Shown piece after piece: positions 31,429 to 44,269 of a stretch of DNA of 64,000 nucleotides. Within the stretch, counting starts at the first letter, position 1, and each line of letters starts with the position of its first letter. The stretch comes from Methanotrichaceae archaeon (GTDB lineage Archaea; Halobacteriota; Methanosarcinia; Methanotrichales; Methanotrichaceae): assembly GCA_963748825.1 (NCBI GenBank), contig CAVVKN010000004.1, forward strand, positions 1-64,000, in the 5' to 3' direction. The notes under the pieces are model-generated. The model made no database searches. It had not been told where the DNA came from and saw nothing but the letters and a program-made list of their open reading frames with translations. The translations under genes and the position numbers were made by a program.

Positions 31429-32304
31429 ATGGAAAAATCTTTGCTGGCACCAGGGCATAGGGCCTGCGCAGGATGCGCTATGCCCACCACCATCAGGCTG
31501 GTCCTAGACGCCGCTGGACCCAATACCATTGTGGTCTCGCCCACAGGCTGCCTGGAGGTTACTACCACACCCTTCCCAGAGAGCGCCTGGTGTGTTCCCT
31601 GGATTCACTCCTTATTCGAGAATGCTTCCGCAGTGGCCTCCGGAGTGGAGGTTATGCTCAAGAGACGGGGCAAGGACACCAACTTGATCGTCATCGGCGG
31701 GGATGGGAGCACCTTCGATATCGGTATGGGCTCCAACTCCGGCATGTTCGAGCGCGGCCATAAGATTCTCTATGTCTGCTACGACAACGAGGCCTACATG
31801 AACACTGGTGTGCAGAGAAGCGGATCTACGCCCTTCTGTGCGAATACTACCACCACGCCGCCAGGCAGCCAGAGCCAGGGCAATCCCCGACCCAAGAAGG
31901 ATATGCCTGCCATCGCTTTGGCCCACAAGGTTCCCTACGTGGCTACCGCTTCGGTGGCCTATCCTGTGGACCTGAGACGAAAGGTTAAGAAGGCCCTGCA
32001 GGTGAACGGGCCGTCCTATATTCAGGTCAATGCGCCCTGCATCACCGGCTGGACCTTCGAAGCCGGCACCATGATTGAGCTGGCGCGCCTGGCTGTGGAG
32101 ACTGGCCTATGGCCACTCACGGAATACGAAAACGGAGAGCTGACTGGAGTCAAGAAGGTTCGCCGGCCCAAGCTAACACAAGAGTATCTCAAGCTGCAAG
32201 GCCGCTACAAGCACCTATTCAAGAAAGCGGAATGTGCAGATATGCTGGGCCAGATCCAGGCCATGGCAAATGCGAATATCGCCAAGTACAAGCTGGTTGA
32301 CTAA
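31429..32304 (+). CDS. porB: Pyruvate:ferredoxin oxidoreductase beta subunit
   Basis: GHRACAGC, TGCLEV, GGDG, DNEAYMNTG. Confidence 0.94.
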   Translation: MEKSLLAPGHRACAGCAMPTTIRLVLDAAGPNTIVVSPTGCLEVTTTPFPESAWCVPWIHSLFENASAVASGVEVMLKRRGKDTNLIVIGGDGSTFDIGMGSNSGMFERGHKILYVCYDNEAYMNTGVQRSGSTPFCANTTTTPPGSQSQGNPRPKKDMPAIALAHKVPYVATASVAYPVDLRRKVKKALQVNGPSYIQVNAPCITGWTFEAGTMIELARLAVETGLWPLTEYENGELTGVKKVRRPKLTQEYLKLQGRYKHLFKKAECADMLGQIQAMANANIAKYKLVD

Positions 32305-32306
32305 AC

Positions 32307-32918
32307 ATGTATGTGGGCCGAATAGTCATAGTAGGCCGCAGCCAGGGAAGGAGCTTTGTCGCCTACAGAGTCTCCTCCCGCTCTTTTCCCAATCGCAGGG
32401 CAGAGGTGCGCGGCAAGAGCATTCTCGTCTCGCCCCTTGATCCCGCCGACCTGGCCCGGAATCCTTACATCGCCTACAACTGCATCCGCGTCGCCGGCGA
32501 CGTTGCCGTTGTAAGCAATGGCACTCATACCGACATGATTCTGGAGAGGATCCAGGATGGCCAGCGGCCAATGGACGCCATCGCCCTGAGTCTTGTGGCT
32601 TATGGCTATGAGAGGGACGAGCTTGACACCCCGCGAATAGCAGGCGTGGTGCGAGGAGATCGAGGGTGGCTAGGCATAGCTAAGCGGGATGAGTTTCGAG
32701 TTAGGGAGTTGCATCTGGAGGACGGTCAGGCCTTTTTGGTTGCGACTTATGAGAAGACCGACTTTGAGGCCACAGCCTTGGGCGAAGGCAGTGCCGGCGA
32801 GATTGCCCGCATGGCGTTTGATCTGCCTTTAGAGAGACCGGTCTGCGCGGCAGCGGCCTGTGCCCTGCCAGAGGAGCAAAGCAGCGGATATGATCTGGCA
32901 GTTTACAATCCGTTGTAG
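32307..32918 (+). CDS. purO: Archaeal IMP cyclohydrolase
   Basis: MYVGR, YRVSSRSFPNR, NPYIAYN, NGTHTD, YERDELDTPRIAG. Confidence 0.93.
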   Translation: MYVGRIVIVGRSQGRSFVAYRVSSRSFPNRRAEVRGKSILVSPLDPADLARNPYIAYNCIRVAGDVAVVSNGTHTDMILERIQDGQRPMDAIALSLVAYGYERDELDTPRIAGVVRGDRGWLGIAKRDEFRVRELHLEDGQAFLVATYEKTDFEATALGEGSAGEIARMAFDLPLERPVCAAAACALPEEQSSGYDLAVYNPL

Positions 32919-32940
32919 AGAGATGTAGTAGAGGGATATT

Positions 32941-33831
32941 ATGGAGATCAATGGTGTTCAGATCGAAGAGACCTTTGCCGAAGGCTTTCCCATAAAGATG
33001 GCAAGGGTGCTGATTACCGCCGTAACGGAGCGTTGGGCTCTGGAGGCGGCACGTGAAGCCACAGGATTTGGAACGTCCGTGATAGGATGCTCAGCAGAGG
33101 CGGGCATCGAATGCATTGTGGATGGAAGTCAAACACCGGACGGCAGGCCGGGTGTCAATATCCTGATCTGCAATATGGGCTACAAGAACCTGGAGAACTC
33201 ATTGCTCTACCGCCTGGGCCAGTGTGTTATGACTGCGCCTACCACAGCCGCATTCAGTGGCATGCCCGAGGCTGAGAAGCAGTTTGATACCGGCAAGAAG
33301 GAGAGCTGGTATGGCGATGGCTACCAAAAGCAAGTAGAGATGTTTGGCCGGAATGTCTGGAAGATCCCCCTCATGTCCGGAGACTTCATCATAGAGCAGA
33401 ACTTTGGAGCAATGGATGGAATTGCCGGAGGGAACTTCCTGATTCTCGGCCAAAACCAGATGGCTGCTCTAACGGCTGCCGAGGCGGCGGTAAATGCTAT
33501 CAGTAAGCTACCGGGGTCCATTACGCCTTTTCCAGGAGGCGTTGTGGCCAGCGGCTCCAAGGTGGGCTCCAAGTACAAGTTCCTGAAAGCCTCCACCAAC
33601 ACAGCTTTCTGCACGTCGCTACGCGAGGATGGGGTCTGCACTCTGGCGGAGGACGTCACCAGCGTCTTTGAGATAGTAATAAATGGCGTCAGTAAGGAGG
33701 CCATTTCCGCAGCCATGAAGGTGGGCATCAATGCCGCCTGCCATGTGCCCGGCGTCTTAAAGATCAGCGCCGCCAACTACGAAGGCAAGCTTGGCATTCA
33801 CCAGTTCCCGCTGCGTGAGGTGCTGGAGTAG
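32941..33831 (+). CDS. ftr: Formylmethanofuran:tetrahydromethanopterin formyltransferase
   Basis: ETFAE, TGFGTSVIGC.AEAG, TPDGRPG, GGNF, PFPGG..SGSKVGS. Confidence 0.93.
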   Translation: MEINGVQIEETFAEGFPIKMARVLITAVTERWALEAAREATGFGTSVIGCSAEAGIECIVDGSQTPDGRPGVNILICNMGYKNLENSLLYRLGQCVMTAPTTAAFSGMPEAEKQFDTGKKESWYGDGYQKQVEMFGRNVWKIPLMSGDFIIEQNFGAMDGIAGGNFLILGQNQMAALTAAEAAVNAISKLPGSITPFPGGVVASGSKVGSKYKFLKASTNTAFCTSLREDGVCTLAEDVTSVFEIVINGVSKEAISAAMKVGINAACHVPGVLKISAANYEGKLGIHQFPLREVLE

Positions 33832-33843
33832 ATGAGATAAGCG

Positions 33844-34353
33844 ATGGCAATCCAAGAGGTCATTGATACCCAGGAAAAGATAAAGACCTGGCTGGTCCAA
33901 GAAGGGTTATTCAAGGAGGAGGGCCAGGTCGAGAATCTTTACTTTCAGCTGGCAGCAGAATTTCCCGCACAGTCCGGCCGGCATTTATCCATCATTCAGC
34001 CCAAAAACCATGAGGACATGATAGTGGTATTCAGCCGGATAAGGCTGGCCGACACTCACCAAAAGGCGCTTTCCGCTATGCCTCCCAAAGAGAAGGAGCG
34101 ATTGCTCTGGCAGATGCGCTATGATCTGCTCTTCCAGGATTCCAGCTTCGAGATCGAGCCTGTAGGAAGCGATCTGCAGAGCATCCGTTTTACGCGAGAG
34201 ATATACTATGACGGCCTGACCAAGAACAAGCTGATGGAAGCCATCCGGGAGAACTTCAAATGCGAGCTTTATGTGGTCTGGAAGTTCCAGGAGATCTTTG
34301 GCGAAGGACCTACAAACAAGATCGCAGACCCTCCAGAGCCGATGTACTGCTAA
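33844..34353 (+). CDS. DUF2299-like protein
   Basis: IKTWL.QEG, IIQPK, IYYDGLTKNKLM patterns. Confidence 0.65.
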   Translation: MAIQEVIDTQEKIKTWLVQEGLFKEEGQVENLYFQLAAEFPAQSGRHLSIIQPKNHEDMIVVFSRIRLADTHQKALSAMPPKEKERLLWQMRYDLLFQDSSFEIEPVGSDLQSIRFTREIYYDGLTKNKLMEAIRENFKCELYVVWKFQEIFGEGPTNKIADPPEPMYC

Positions 34354-34429
34354 GGCGGTAAAGGGTAGCAAGCAAAGGGAAGTTGGCAGCAAAAAAGCCA
34401 GGAAGAAAAAAGAGAAAGCCTGTCAATCT

Positions 34430-35128
34430 TCAGGATATCTCGTAGGTCATGGTCACGCTGGCTGTGATCTCCATCCTCCCCGGCTGAATGGGTGTGGCGA
34501 ATTCGGCAAAATTCACGCTCCTGGATGCGGCAGCAACATATCCGTAGCCCTCCGAGATCTCCAGCACCCTTCCCAGCTTCACGCCTGCTGCCTTGGCGGC
34601 AATCTCTGCTTTCCTCCGGGCGTCCTCAATGGCCAGAGTTAAGGCCAGATCTTTTTGCGGCTGGGGATTCAACAGGTCGAAGCTGACCTCCTGGATGCGG
34701 TTTGAGCCTGCCGCGACTGCTGTATCCAGTACCTTTCCCACATCTGTGGTATTGTTCAGGTTCACGGTTACAGTGTTCGAAGCTACAAACAGCGGGGCTT
34801 TTTGCTTCTCTCCGGCCATGACAGGCACATCCTGAGACTCCGTGCCCAGGCTGTAGCCGCTGGTCTGAATTTCACTCTCGGCAATTCCTGCCGCCAGCAA
34901 TGCAACTAAAGTCTCATTCATCAGCCGGGCATTTTCCACCGCAGCAATGGCAGCGCTGGCGTCTCGCGTCTGCACGCCCAGCACAACAGTCGCCTTGTCC
35001 GGAGCGGCGCTCGCTTTGCCTTCACCCTGCACTATCAGCTTGGACATATTATTCTCCACGGCAGTAGCAAACGGGGCGACCAGCAACAAGAGCATTATCG
35101 CCAAAAACACTATGCGTATAATTTTCAT
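34430..35128 (-). CDS. SIMPL (DUF541) domain secreted protein
   Basis: V.GEG....PD.A, A..DAR.KA..A.AAGV.LG, I.PG...I.A.V. Confidence 0.9.
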   Translation of the reverse strand: MKIIRIVFLAIMLLLLVAPFATAVENNMSKLIVQGEGKASAAPDKATVVLGVQTRDASAAIAAVENARLMNETLVALLAAGIAESEIQTSGYSLGTESQDVPVMAGEKQKAPLFVASNTVTVNLNNTTDVGKVLDTAVAAGSNRIQEVSFDLLNPQPQKDLALTLAIEDARRKAEIAAKAAGVKLGRVLEISEGYGYVAAASRSVNFAEFATPIQPGRMEITASVTMTYEIS

Positions 35129-35250
35129 GATAATCCCCTTTGTTTAATCGGTCTAAAAAGCTTTATAGATTATGCTTGCCAGATGTCCGACGACCAATGC
35201 AACCAGATTAATGATTGAAAAATATTAGATGAAAAAATATTTTTAATTAA

Positions 35251-35952
35251 TCAAATTATTTCAAACTCATAGGTTACTATTACGTAGGAAGTGACATCTA
35301 CAGTGCCAGGCTGCGCCGAGCTGCCGTAGTAATCGTTAAGCGCAACAGGATACCCATAATCAGAAATATCCTGCACCGCCCCCAAACGCACACCCTCCGC
35401 GGCAGCCATCTCTGCGGCATTCTCTTTGGCATTGGCCATTGCTTTCTGGCGAGCTTCAGATGCAGCCTTACTGGCATCGCTCAGACCGTATCCCGCTACA
35501 TAAGCCTGGGCCCCGGCGGAGCGGGCTGCATCCAGCACACGATTTATCCGGGACTCGTCGGTGCTCCTGAGCCGGATGACAGTCGACCGCTCTAAGGAAG
35601 AGGCCTGTTGAGTGCTATTCTCACATACCGTGCTATTGTTCACTCTCTTGCAGACCTTGCTGGTGGACTGAAAACTGGAAACTCCGCTGGACTGACCGGG
35701 CAGGATCTCCTCATCTTTGACGCCTGCTCTCTTCAGGGCATCGATCACCTGGCTCATCTTCCCTTGCACAGCCGCCTGGGCGTCTGTCATATTTTCGTTG
35801 CCACTCTCTACGGAGACGGAGATCGTCGCTGTATCCGCAGATACTGTCACGGTTCCCTCGCCCACAACGGTCAGAGTGGGGTTCATGCCCACGGCCATGG
35901 CAGGGAGGATCGCAGCGATCATAATGCCGAATAATATTGCTAACCACTTCAT
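35251..35952 (-). CDS. SIMPL (DUF541) domain secreted protein, tandem paralog
   Basis: Same motifs; ATG 35952 gives a signal peptide. Confidence 0.85.
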   Translation of the reverse strand: MKWLAILFGIMIAAILPAMAVGMNPTLTVVGEGTVTVSADTATISVSVESGNENMTDAQAAVQGKMSQVIDALKRAGVKDEEILPGQSSGVSSFQSTSKVCKRVNNSTVCENSTQQASSLERSTVIRLRSTDESRINRVLDAARSAGAQAYVAGYGLSDASKAASEARQKAMANAKENAAEMAAAEGVRLGAVQDISDYGYPVALNDYYGSSAQPGTVDVTSYVIVTYEFEII

Positions 35953-36123
35953 TTTTAATCCCCTAAAGAGAGATGTCGCCAAAGATATTAAAAAGTTCGC
36001 TTGAGGAATGCGGACTTCGATGGATCGTTTTTGGATAAGGAACTTTTTGCCGTTGATTCTGCAAAATTTTATATAGATTCGAAACATGAGCAGAAAGCAT
36101 GAAAATTATTTAAATTAAAGAAG

Positions 36124-36927
36124 GTGACTTTCATGAATTCAGATTCCGATCAGCTAGATCCTCAATCCGATCCAAAGCCCAATGTTCTTGCCCCAATCAC
36201 AAAAGAGGCAAAAGCCGAAAGGCCGAAAAAAAGAGCGCTAGGCGAGATCTTCTCGCGTGCCTTCCAGATTTACAGGGACAATCCAATCATGATTGTGCCG
36301 TCACTCATTCCCATAGCTGCACTCGTCTTGGTTATGGTTATCTTCGCAGGCTATATGGGGCTGGTAGCAGTCTTCGGTGAAGGAGAACTCATCGCGTTCT
36401 CTGCCCTGGCAGGACTTTTCCTGTTCCTAATACTGATGATAGTACTTTTCTTCCTGGCAGAAGGGATGACAATAGAGATGATCAGAGAGGCATCCTCAGG
36501 CAACAAGGCGGACCTATCCTACGCCTGGCAGGCCACTTTAGCCAAGATGGAGCCGCTCGTCCTCACCTCCCTCCTGGCCGGCATAATTGTAGCTTTTGGA
36601 TATGTTCTTTTCTTGATACCGGGAGTGATCTTGAGCTTTGCCTTCTGGTTCGTCGCCCAAACGGTTATGATTGACGGCAAATCCGGCATAGAGGCCATGA
36701 AAGCAAGCTATCGTTTCGTAGAGGCCAACTTATCCGACGCTCTGATAATAGTCCTCGCCTCCCTGGCCATCGGCGCAGTGCTTCCCACCATTCCTTTCAT
36801 CGGTGCCTTGGCGAGCCTGCTCTCTCTGCCCTACATCTACGGCCTGGCCACATTGCTCTATCTGGACGGCAACGAGGCGCAAGAGGATCAATCGAAAACG
36901 CCGAAGACGACGGTGGAGGTATCCTGA
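36124..36927 (+). CDS. Multi-pass membrane protein
   Basis: About six TM segments, FLIPG motif, A..ASY..V motif. Confidence 0.7.
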   Translation: MTFMNSDSDQLDPQSDPKPNVLAPITKEAKAERPKKRALGEIFSRAFQIYRDNPIMIVPSLIPIAALVLVMVIFAGYMGLVAVFGEGELIAFSALAGLFLFLILMIVLFFLAEGMTIEMIREASSGNKADLSYAWQATLAKMEPLVLTSLLAGIIVAFGYVLFLIPGVILSFAFWFVAQTVMIDGKSGIEAMKASYRFVEANLSDALIIVLASLAIGAVLPTIPFIGALASLLSLPYIYGLATLLYLDGNEAQEDQSKTPKTTVEVS

Positions 36928-37008
36928 TAGACAAGGGATAGAGTCAGCAGGTCATTTGCCCGTCCTCGACCATCATCTTTAATTTTAGTATTCGCATGTG
37001 CTACTGTC

Positions 37009-37806
37009 ATGAGCAAGATCGGAAAGGCGATAAGACTGGAGCGCATTCTGGATCGCAAAACTCGCAGAACGGTCATTGTACCCATGGATCACGGCATCTC
37101 CGTAGGCCCCATCGCCGGTCTGACGAACATGCCCGCCACTGTGGACAAGGTAGCTGAGGGTGGCGCCAATGCTGTTTTAGGACACATGGGACTGCCGCTG
37201 CACGGCCACCGGGGCTATGGACACGATATCGGATTGATTATCCATCTCTCGGCATCCAGTTCTCTTGGTCCTGATCCCAATCACAAGGTTCTTGTGACTG
37301 AAGTGGAGGATGCCATAAGAATTGGCGCTGACGCGGTAAGCATTCACGTCAATGTGGGAGCGGATGATGAAGCAGAAATGCTGCATGATTTGGGCAGAGT
37401 AGCCCGAACCTGCGATCTGTGGGGCATGCCGCTCATTGCCATGATGTATCCCCGCGGACCGAAGGTCAAGTCCGAGCACGATGTGGAGTATGTCAAGCTT
37501 GCCGCCCGAATCGGTTCCGAGCTGGGGGCAGATATTGTCAAGACCAACTACACCGGCTCTCCTGATACCTTCCGAGAGGTTGTCGAGGGCTGCAGCGTGC
37601 CTGTAGTTATCGCGGGAGGACCCAAGATGGACACGGAAAAGGATCTCCTGCAAATGGTCTACGACGCAATAAGGGTTGGGGGAGCGGGCGTTGCCTTTGG
37701 CAGAAACATCTTCCAGGCGAAAAACCCCACGCTTTTGGTCAAGAAATTGTGCACGGTCGTTCATAAGGGCTATACTGCAGAGGATGCGGAAAAGGTCGTC
37801 CTCTAA
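37009..37806 (+). CDS. aroA': 2-amino-3,7-dideoxy-D-threo-hept-6-ulosonate synthase (class I aldolase, DhnA family)
   Basis: [39 protein letters not shown]. Confidence 0.85.
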   Translation: MSKIGKAIRLERILDRKTRRTVIVPMDHGISVGPIAGLTNMPATVDKVAEGGANAVLGHMGLPLHGHRGYGHDIGLIIHLSASSSLGPDPNHKVLVTEVEDAIRIGADAVSIHVNVGADDEAEMLHDLGRVARTCDLWGMPLIAMMYPRGPKVKSEHDVEYVKLAARIGSELGADIVKTNYTGSPDTFREVVEGCSVPVVIAGGPKMDTEKDLLQMVYDAIRVGGAGVAFGRNIFQAKNPTLLVKKLCTVVHKGYTAEDAEKVVL

Positions 37807-37898
37807 GCGGCCTTTACTCTTTTTTTAATTTAATATTAGCATAATAGTGATGAATTCGACCACAAGCTATATCCACTTCCTCGAATACATTAGGGAGC

Positions 37899-38669
37899 AT
37901 GAAGCCCATAGCTTTCCTTCTCCTGGCCTTTTTCCTGGTAGCCATTCCGCCCGCCTTGAGCCAGGATGCCAATTATTGGCTTATTCAGACCCATAGCGAC
38001 TACAACAATGGATCTTACTCCCTGGCCTTGCAGGACATCGACGAATATCTGGATTTGAACTCCAGCGATACCTGGGCCTGGAGCTTTAAAGCCAATATTC
38101 TCCGAATTATGAAGAGATACAGTGAAGCCGCAGATAGCTTTGACCAGCTCATCCTCCTGGACGGCTCCAATGCTCAAGCCTACAACGACCGGGCCTTGAT
38201 CCTTTCTGGTGGCATGAGACAGCATGAGGAGGCCTTAAATTCCCTGGAGACTGCCTTGCGGATCAACCCCAATAATGCCAATTATTGGTTTAATAAAGGC
38301 ATGATCTTGGAGGAAACGAAACGATATGCAGAGGCATTGGAGGCCTACAGTCAGGCTGCAGCCTTAAACCCGTCTCTTGATAGAGCCTGGTACAGGCAAG
38401 GTTGGATCTCGGCAACAGAGGGCAACTACAATGAGTCTCTTCCTCTCCTGGACAAGGCGATCAAGCTCAATTCCAAGAACGCTGATGCCTGGAACACCAA
38501 AGGATTGGTCTTAATGAAGCTAAATTCCACAGAGGAGGCACAAAACTGCTTCGAGAAGGCAACCGCTCTGCAACCGTCCAACAGAGATTTCCAGCAGAAT
38601 CGACAAAAGGCGCTAGAGGGAATGGAAAAGGAGCCAGAGAAGACTATAGAGTTTAAAAGTTTGCAGTGA
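37899..38669 (+). CDS. Secreted TPR protein
   Basis: Signal peptide followed by TPR repeats. Confidence 0.85.
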   Translation: MKPIAFLLLAFFLVAIPPALSQDANYWLIQTHSDYNNGSYSLALQDIDEYLDLNSSDTWAWSFKANILRIMKRYSEAADSFDQLILLDGSNAQAYNDRALILSGGMRQHEEALNSLETALRINPNNANYWFNKGMILEETKRYAEALEAYSQAAALNPSLDRAWYRQGWISATEGNYNESLPLLDKAIKLNSKNADAWNTKGLVLMKLNSTEEAQNCFEKATALQPSNRDFQQNRQKALEGMEKEPEKTIEFKSLQ

Positions 38670-38765
38670 GATTCAAAATTTTTTTGCGGAAATATTTTCT
38701 TAATAAAATTCTTGTTTTAAAATGAATGCCCAGGAGCTTGCTGAATGGGTACACCACCCACCGTT

Positions 38766-38867
38766 TCACTCTTTGAACAGACCTCTCAGGCCAGAGATTA
38801 TCCAAAATGCCATGCCCCATAAGACCAAGACTGTTAAGGTCATTAGCTCCATACTCAAATCCCTCAT
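38766..38867 (-). CDS. Putative small membrane peptide (28-33 aa)
   Basis: MRDLSMELMTLTVLVLWGMAFWIISGLRGLFKE; single hydrophobic helix; TATA-like TATTTATG upstream. Confidence 0.4.
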   Translation of the reverse strand: MRDLSMELMTLTVLVLWGMAFWIISGLRGLFKE

Positions 38868-38934
38868 GATTAAAAGTGAACTATTAACATAAATAGTTTG
38901 CTCTTGGGGACCATGAGATCAAGGTCAGTTCGAG

Positions 38935-39008
38935 AAAATGGGAGGGCGGGCAAAGTCTATGATGAACCATTTAGGAGGAAACAATGGTCTTGGTCGACTT
39001 TTGCCCGT
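38935..39008 (-). ncRNA. Putative small RNA, family member A
   Basis: TATA TTTATATC (39028-39035, minus); stem CGGGCAAAAGTC/GACTTTGCCCG; inner hairpin ACCATT-GTTTCCTCCTA-AATGGT; tail CCCTCCCATTTT. Confidence 0.6.
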
Positions 39009-39052
39009 TTTGTGATCGTCACATGGCGATATAAAGATGTGGTACAGACTCG

Positions 39053-39166
39053 GTGAACTACCGCGTCCTGAGGATAGGACTTACCAATGTTTCGACTTCT
39101 CGTCGAAACTCTCGCTGAACCGCGGTCAGCGATATTCATCTCCCCTAGTCGTAACCCTGGGAGAAT
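39053..39166. mobile_element. Possible degenerate IS200/IS605-type end element (miniature, no transposase)
   Basis: Starts GTGAACTACC + hairpin, ends ATTCATCTCCC + hairpin, resembling IS200/IS605 ends; two perfect internal hairpins. Confidence 0.35.
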
Positions 39167-39215
39167 GCAACTAAATAAAAAAATTTCCTAAATACAAAGG
39201 GATAGGCGCGGGGCC

Positions 39216-41609
39216 TCAGGTAATCCTGGCCACCGCTGACACCTCGTCCCCTGGCTTGACATTCATGATGCGCACGCCCTGCGTGGAGCGGCCCTGCACC
39301 CGGATCTCGCTGGTCGGAATTCTGATCACCACTCCGTCCTTGGTGGTAACCAGCAGCTCGTCATCCTCAGAGACGGTGGTGGTGCAGCATACGAAGCCCT
39401 TTCTGGCATCGATATTCTTGACGCCCTTGCCACCGCGCCTCTGCTGGGGATACTCCTCAAGCTCCGTCCTCTTTCCGTAGCCCTGATTGGTGATGGTGAG
39501 CAATGTGAAATTGGCGCTCGGCCGGATCACATCCATGCTGATAAGCTCGTCTCCCATGTTCAGGCTGATGGCCTTCACGCCCATGGTGCCTCGGTTGGAT
39601 GCGCGCACGTCATCCTCCTTGAAGCGTATGGCTTTGCCAAACCTGGTGGCCACCAATAGCTCCTTACTTCCGTCTGTGAGCTTGGCCGAGACCAGGCTGT
39701 CGCCCTTGAGATTTACGGCCTTGATGCCGCCTTTCCTGGGATTGGAAAAAGCCTGCAAGGGCATCTTGACAATGCTGCCGGCTCGGGTTACCAGGATTAT
39801 GAAGCCCGACTCGAAGCTCTTCACAGGTATGGCGCCCGTGATCTTCTCATCAGGCTCGAGCTGCAGAAGATTGACAATGGACTTTCCCCGAGTTGCCCGG
39901 CCCAGAGAGGGAACCTCGTAGACCTTGAGCCAGTGGGCCTTGCCCTTGTCCGTGAAGAAGAGCAGATAATCCTTGGTGGAGGCAGTAAAGACGTCGGTTA
40001 CAAACTCCTCACTCTTGGTCTCAGCACCAATGACTCCCCTCCCGCCACGCCTCTGCATGCGGTATGCCGTAAGCGGCTGGCGTTTGATGTACCCGGAAGA
40101 GGTGATGGTCACTGCCACCTCTTCATCCTGGATGAGATCCTCCCGGGAAACCTCGCCCTCCGCTTCGATGATCTGGGTTCTCCGCTCATCCCCGTAGGTA
40201 TTAATGAGATATGTCAGCTCATCTTTGATGATGCTCAAAATCTCCAGGTTGCTGGAGAGGATTTTCCTCAATTTAGCGATGAGCTTTTCCAGCTCTGCCG
40301 CCTCAGAGACGATCTTCTCCTGTTCGAGACCTGTGAGCCGCTGCAGCCTCATGTCCAAAATAGCCTTGGCCTGCTCTTCGCTGAGTGAAAAAGCCTGCAT
40401 CAGGGCATCTCTGGCCTCGACTGGAGACTGCGCCGCCTTGATTATTCTTATTACCTCATCGATGTTCTTGAGGGCGATGAGCAGACCCGCAAGGATGTGG
40501 GCCCTCTTCTCGGCAGCATCAAGCTCGAACCTGGTGCGCCTTTCTACCACTATTGAGCGGTAGTGGATGTACTGCTCAAGAGTGTCCTTCAAAGAGACTA
40601 TCTTGGGCAGGCCGTCCACCAAAACCATATTGTTGATGCCGTAGCTGGTCTGAAGAGCCGTGTGCTTATACAGTTGATTTAAGACCACATGAACATTAAA
40701 TCCACTCTTGACCTCCACCACCATGCGAATGCCGTCTCTATCCGACTCATCCCGCAGATCGGATATGCCCTCCAGACGGCCGCCTTTGACCATCTCTGCC
40801 ATATCCTCAATCAGCTTGGCCTTATTGACCTGGTAGGGAAGCTCAGTGAAGATGATCTTAGTGCTTCTCGTCCCTTCCTCAATCTCCGACTTGGCCTTCA
40901 TCAGAATGCTACCCTTGCCGGTTTGATAGGCGGCCTCAATGCCGACCCGGCCTACGATGTAGGCGCCGGTGGGAAAGTCGGGCCCGGGGAGAATGTGCAT
41001 CAGCTCGGAGAGCGTGGCCTGGGGCTCGTCGATGAGATGAATAATGGCCCCGCATAGCTCCGTCAGGTTATGGGGCGGAATATTGGTGGCCATTCCCACG
41101 GCAATGCCGGTAGAGCCGTTGAGCAGAAGGTTGGGCAGCTTTGCCGGTAGAACAGTGGGCTCTTTCATCGAGCCGTCGTAATTAGGGGTAAAGTCCACTG
41201 TGTTCTTCTCAATGTCCGCCAGCATCTCCTCAGCGATTTTGGAGAGGCGCACCTCAGTGTAACGCATAGCTGCAGCCGGGTCTCCATCAACGGAGCCAAA
41301 GTTGCCCTGGCCGTCGATGAGAGGATAACGCATGGAGAAGGTCTGGGCCATGCGCACCATGGTCTCATAGATGGCCGCATCCCCGTGGGGATGGTACTTA
41401 CCCATGACATCTCCCACCACACGTGCTGATTTCTTGTAGGGCTGGTCGTGGGTCATGCCCTGCTCATACATGGCATAGAGTATGCGACGATGAACGGGCT
41501 TGAGGCCATCCCGCACGTCGGGCAAAGCTCGACTTACGATCACACTCATAGCATAATCAATGTAGGAGGATTTCATCTCCTCAGTGATGTTAACCAATAC
41601 TTCTGTCAA
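39216..41609 (-). CDS. gyrA: DNA gyrase subunit A
   Basis: [29 protein letters not shown], GyrA-box QRRGGRG. Confidence 0.97.
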   Translation of the reverse strand: MTEVLVNITEEMKSSYIDYAMSVIVSRALPDVRDGLKPVHRRILYAMYEQGMTHDQPYKKSARVVGDVMGKYHPHGDAAIYETMVRMAQTFSMRYPLIDGQGNFGSVDGDPAAAMRYTEVRLSKIAEEMLADIEKNTVDFTPNYDGSMKEPTVLPAKLPNLLLNGSTGIAVGMATNIPPHNLTELCGAIIHLIDEPQATLSELMHILPGPDFPTGAYIVGRVGIEAAYQTGKGSILMKAKSEIEEGTRSTKIIFTELPYQVNKAKLIEDMAEMVKGGRLEGISDLRDESDRDGIRMVVEVKSGFNVHVVLNQLYKHTALQTSYGINNMVLVDGLPKIVSLKDTLEQYIHYRSIVVERRTRFELDAAEKRAHILAGLLIALKNIDEVIRIIKAAQSPVEARDALMQAFSLSEEQAKAILDMRLQRLTGLEQEKIVSEAAELEKLIAKLRKILSSNLEILSIIKDELTYLINTYGDERRTQIIEAEGEVSREDLIQDEEVAVTITSSGYIKRQPLTAYRMQRRGGRGVIGAETKSEEFVTDVFTASTKDYLLFFTDKGKAHWLKVYEVPSLGRATRGKSIVNLLQLEPDEKITGAIPVKSFESGFIILVTRAGSIVKMPLQAFSNPRKGGIKAVNLKGDSLVSAKLTDGSKELLVATRFGKAIRFKEDDVRASNRGTMGVKAISLNMGDELISMDVIRPSANFTLLTITNQGYGKRTELEEYPQQRRGGKGVKNIDARKGFVCCTTTVSEDDELLVTTKDGVVIRIPTSEIRVQGRSTQGVRIMNVKPGDEVSAVARIT

Positions 41610-41631
41610 TAGCCACCTCAAATATCAGACA

Positions 41632-43530
<1,899 letters not shown>

Positions 43531-43754
43531 TTAAGCCTCCTGAATAATTAGGACTGTAACGAAATAACCTGAGACGATATAAGCTTTTCCCCAAAATATA
43601 TCTTAATTTTTATTTAAAAGTTTGATGCAATGCTTCATCCTGAATGATGAGGATAGTACTGAGGAACTGTACCTGTCGCATCGAGGACGAATGAATTGGC
43701 TCATGGGAGAAGACCTTCGAAAAATCTTGAGTGAGGATCTCATCAAATTATAAA

Positions 43755-43826
43755 AGCCAAGGTCCGGATTCGAACCGGAGTGGTAATGCTCTGCAGGCAT
43801 TTGCGTAGCCGCTCCGCCACCTTGGC
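43755..43826 (-). tRNA. tRNA-Cys (GCA)
   Basis: Minus strand GCCAAGG..CCTTGGC-T acceptor stem, anticodon arm AATGC-CTGCAGA-GCATT, T-loop GGTTCGAATCC; no intron, CCA not encoded. Confidence 0.95.
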
Positions 43827-44123
43827 AAGGGGTATTGGCGTCCGACTTCTGTGTCGATCTGATTTAAACCTTTATCGGTTGGAGGCGCCCCTTGCGCCGC
43901 AACCTTGGGAGAGATGTCATCCCCTATAAAGATTGCCTTCGCGGCAAAAGATCTTGGGCAGAGTCAGGCCAGCACTTTTGTGACCTGCCAACCAGGGGGG
44001 CGCTGTGGATTCGGTGCAATCCCGCCCAGAACTCGATCATTCTGTTTTCGGGTTTACTTTTTCGAAGATTAAGCACTATTTTTTAGGGCGAAAACTATAT
44101 ATCGACAAAAGACTATATTACGA

Positions 44124-44192
44124 TCGGCAAAAGTCGAAGTAACTCTTTTCTCTCCCTCTGATCCCTGAGACTTTTGCCTCCCTCCTATTTTC
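44124..44192 (+). ncRNA. Putative small RNA, family member B
   Basis: BRE/TATA GCGAAAACTATATAT 44088-44102; perfect stem GGCAAAAGTC 44126-44135 / GACTTTTGCC 44169-44178; loop CTCTTTTCTCTCCCTC; tail TCCCTCCTATTTT. Confidence 0.6.
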
Positions 44193-44269
44193 ATCTAGCT
44201 TTTTCCTTCATATTCCCCAGCAAGGAACATTTTTATATGGTTTGCCAGCCTCCTCGTGCCTGAAGCATT

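Noticed and set aside
32941-33831. ftr (CO2-reduction/methyl branch) in a probable acetoclastic methanogen
   Set aside because: Known gene content of Methanothrix
34430-35952. Tandem SIMPL genes
   Set aside because: Ordinary paralog pair of a widespread family
43622-43753. Short ORF and ATGATGA..CTGA next to the tRNA-Cys 3' end (C/D box RNA or att remnant)
   Set aside because: Box spacing too short; no tRNA-end duplication or integrase seen
43880-44030. GC-rich pairing (GCGCCCC..GGGGCGC) upstream of srp54 as possible SRP (7S) RNA
   Set aside because: Too short, and the helix-8 CCAGG-GGAA-AGCA signature was not found
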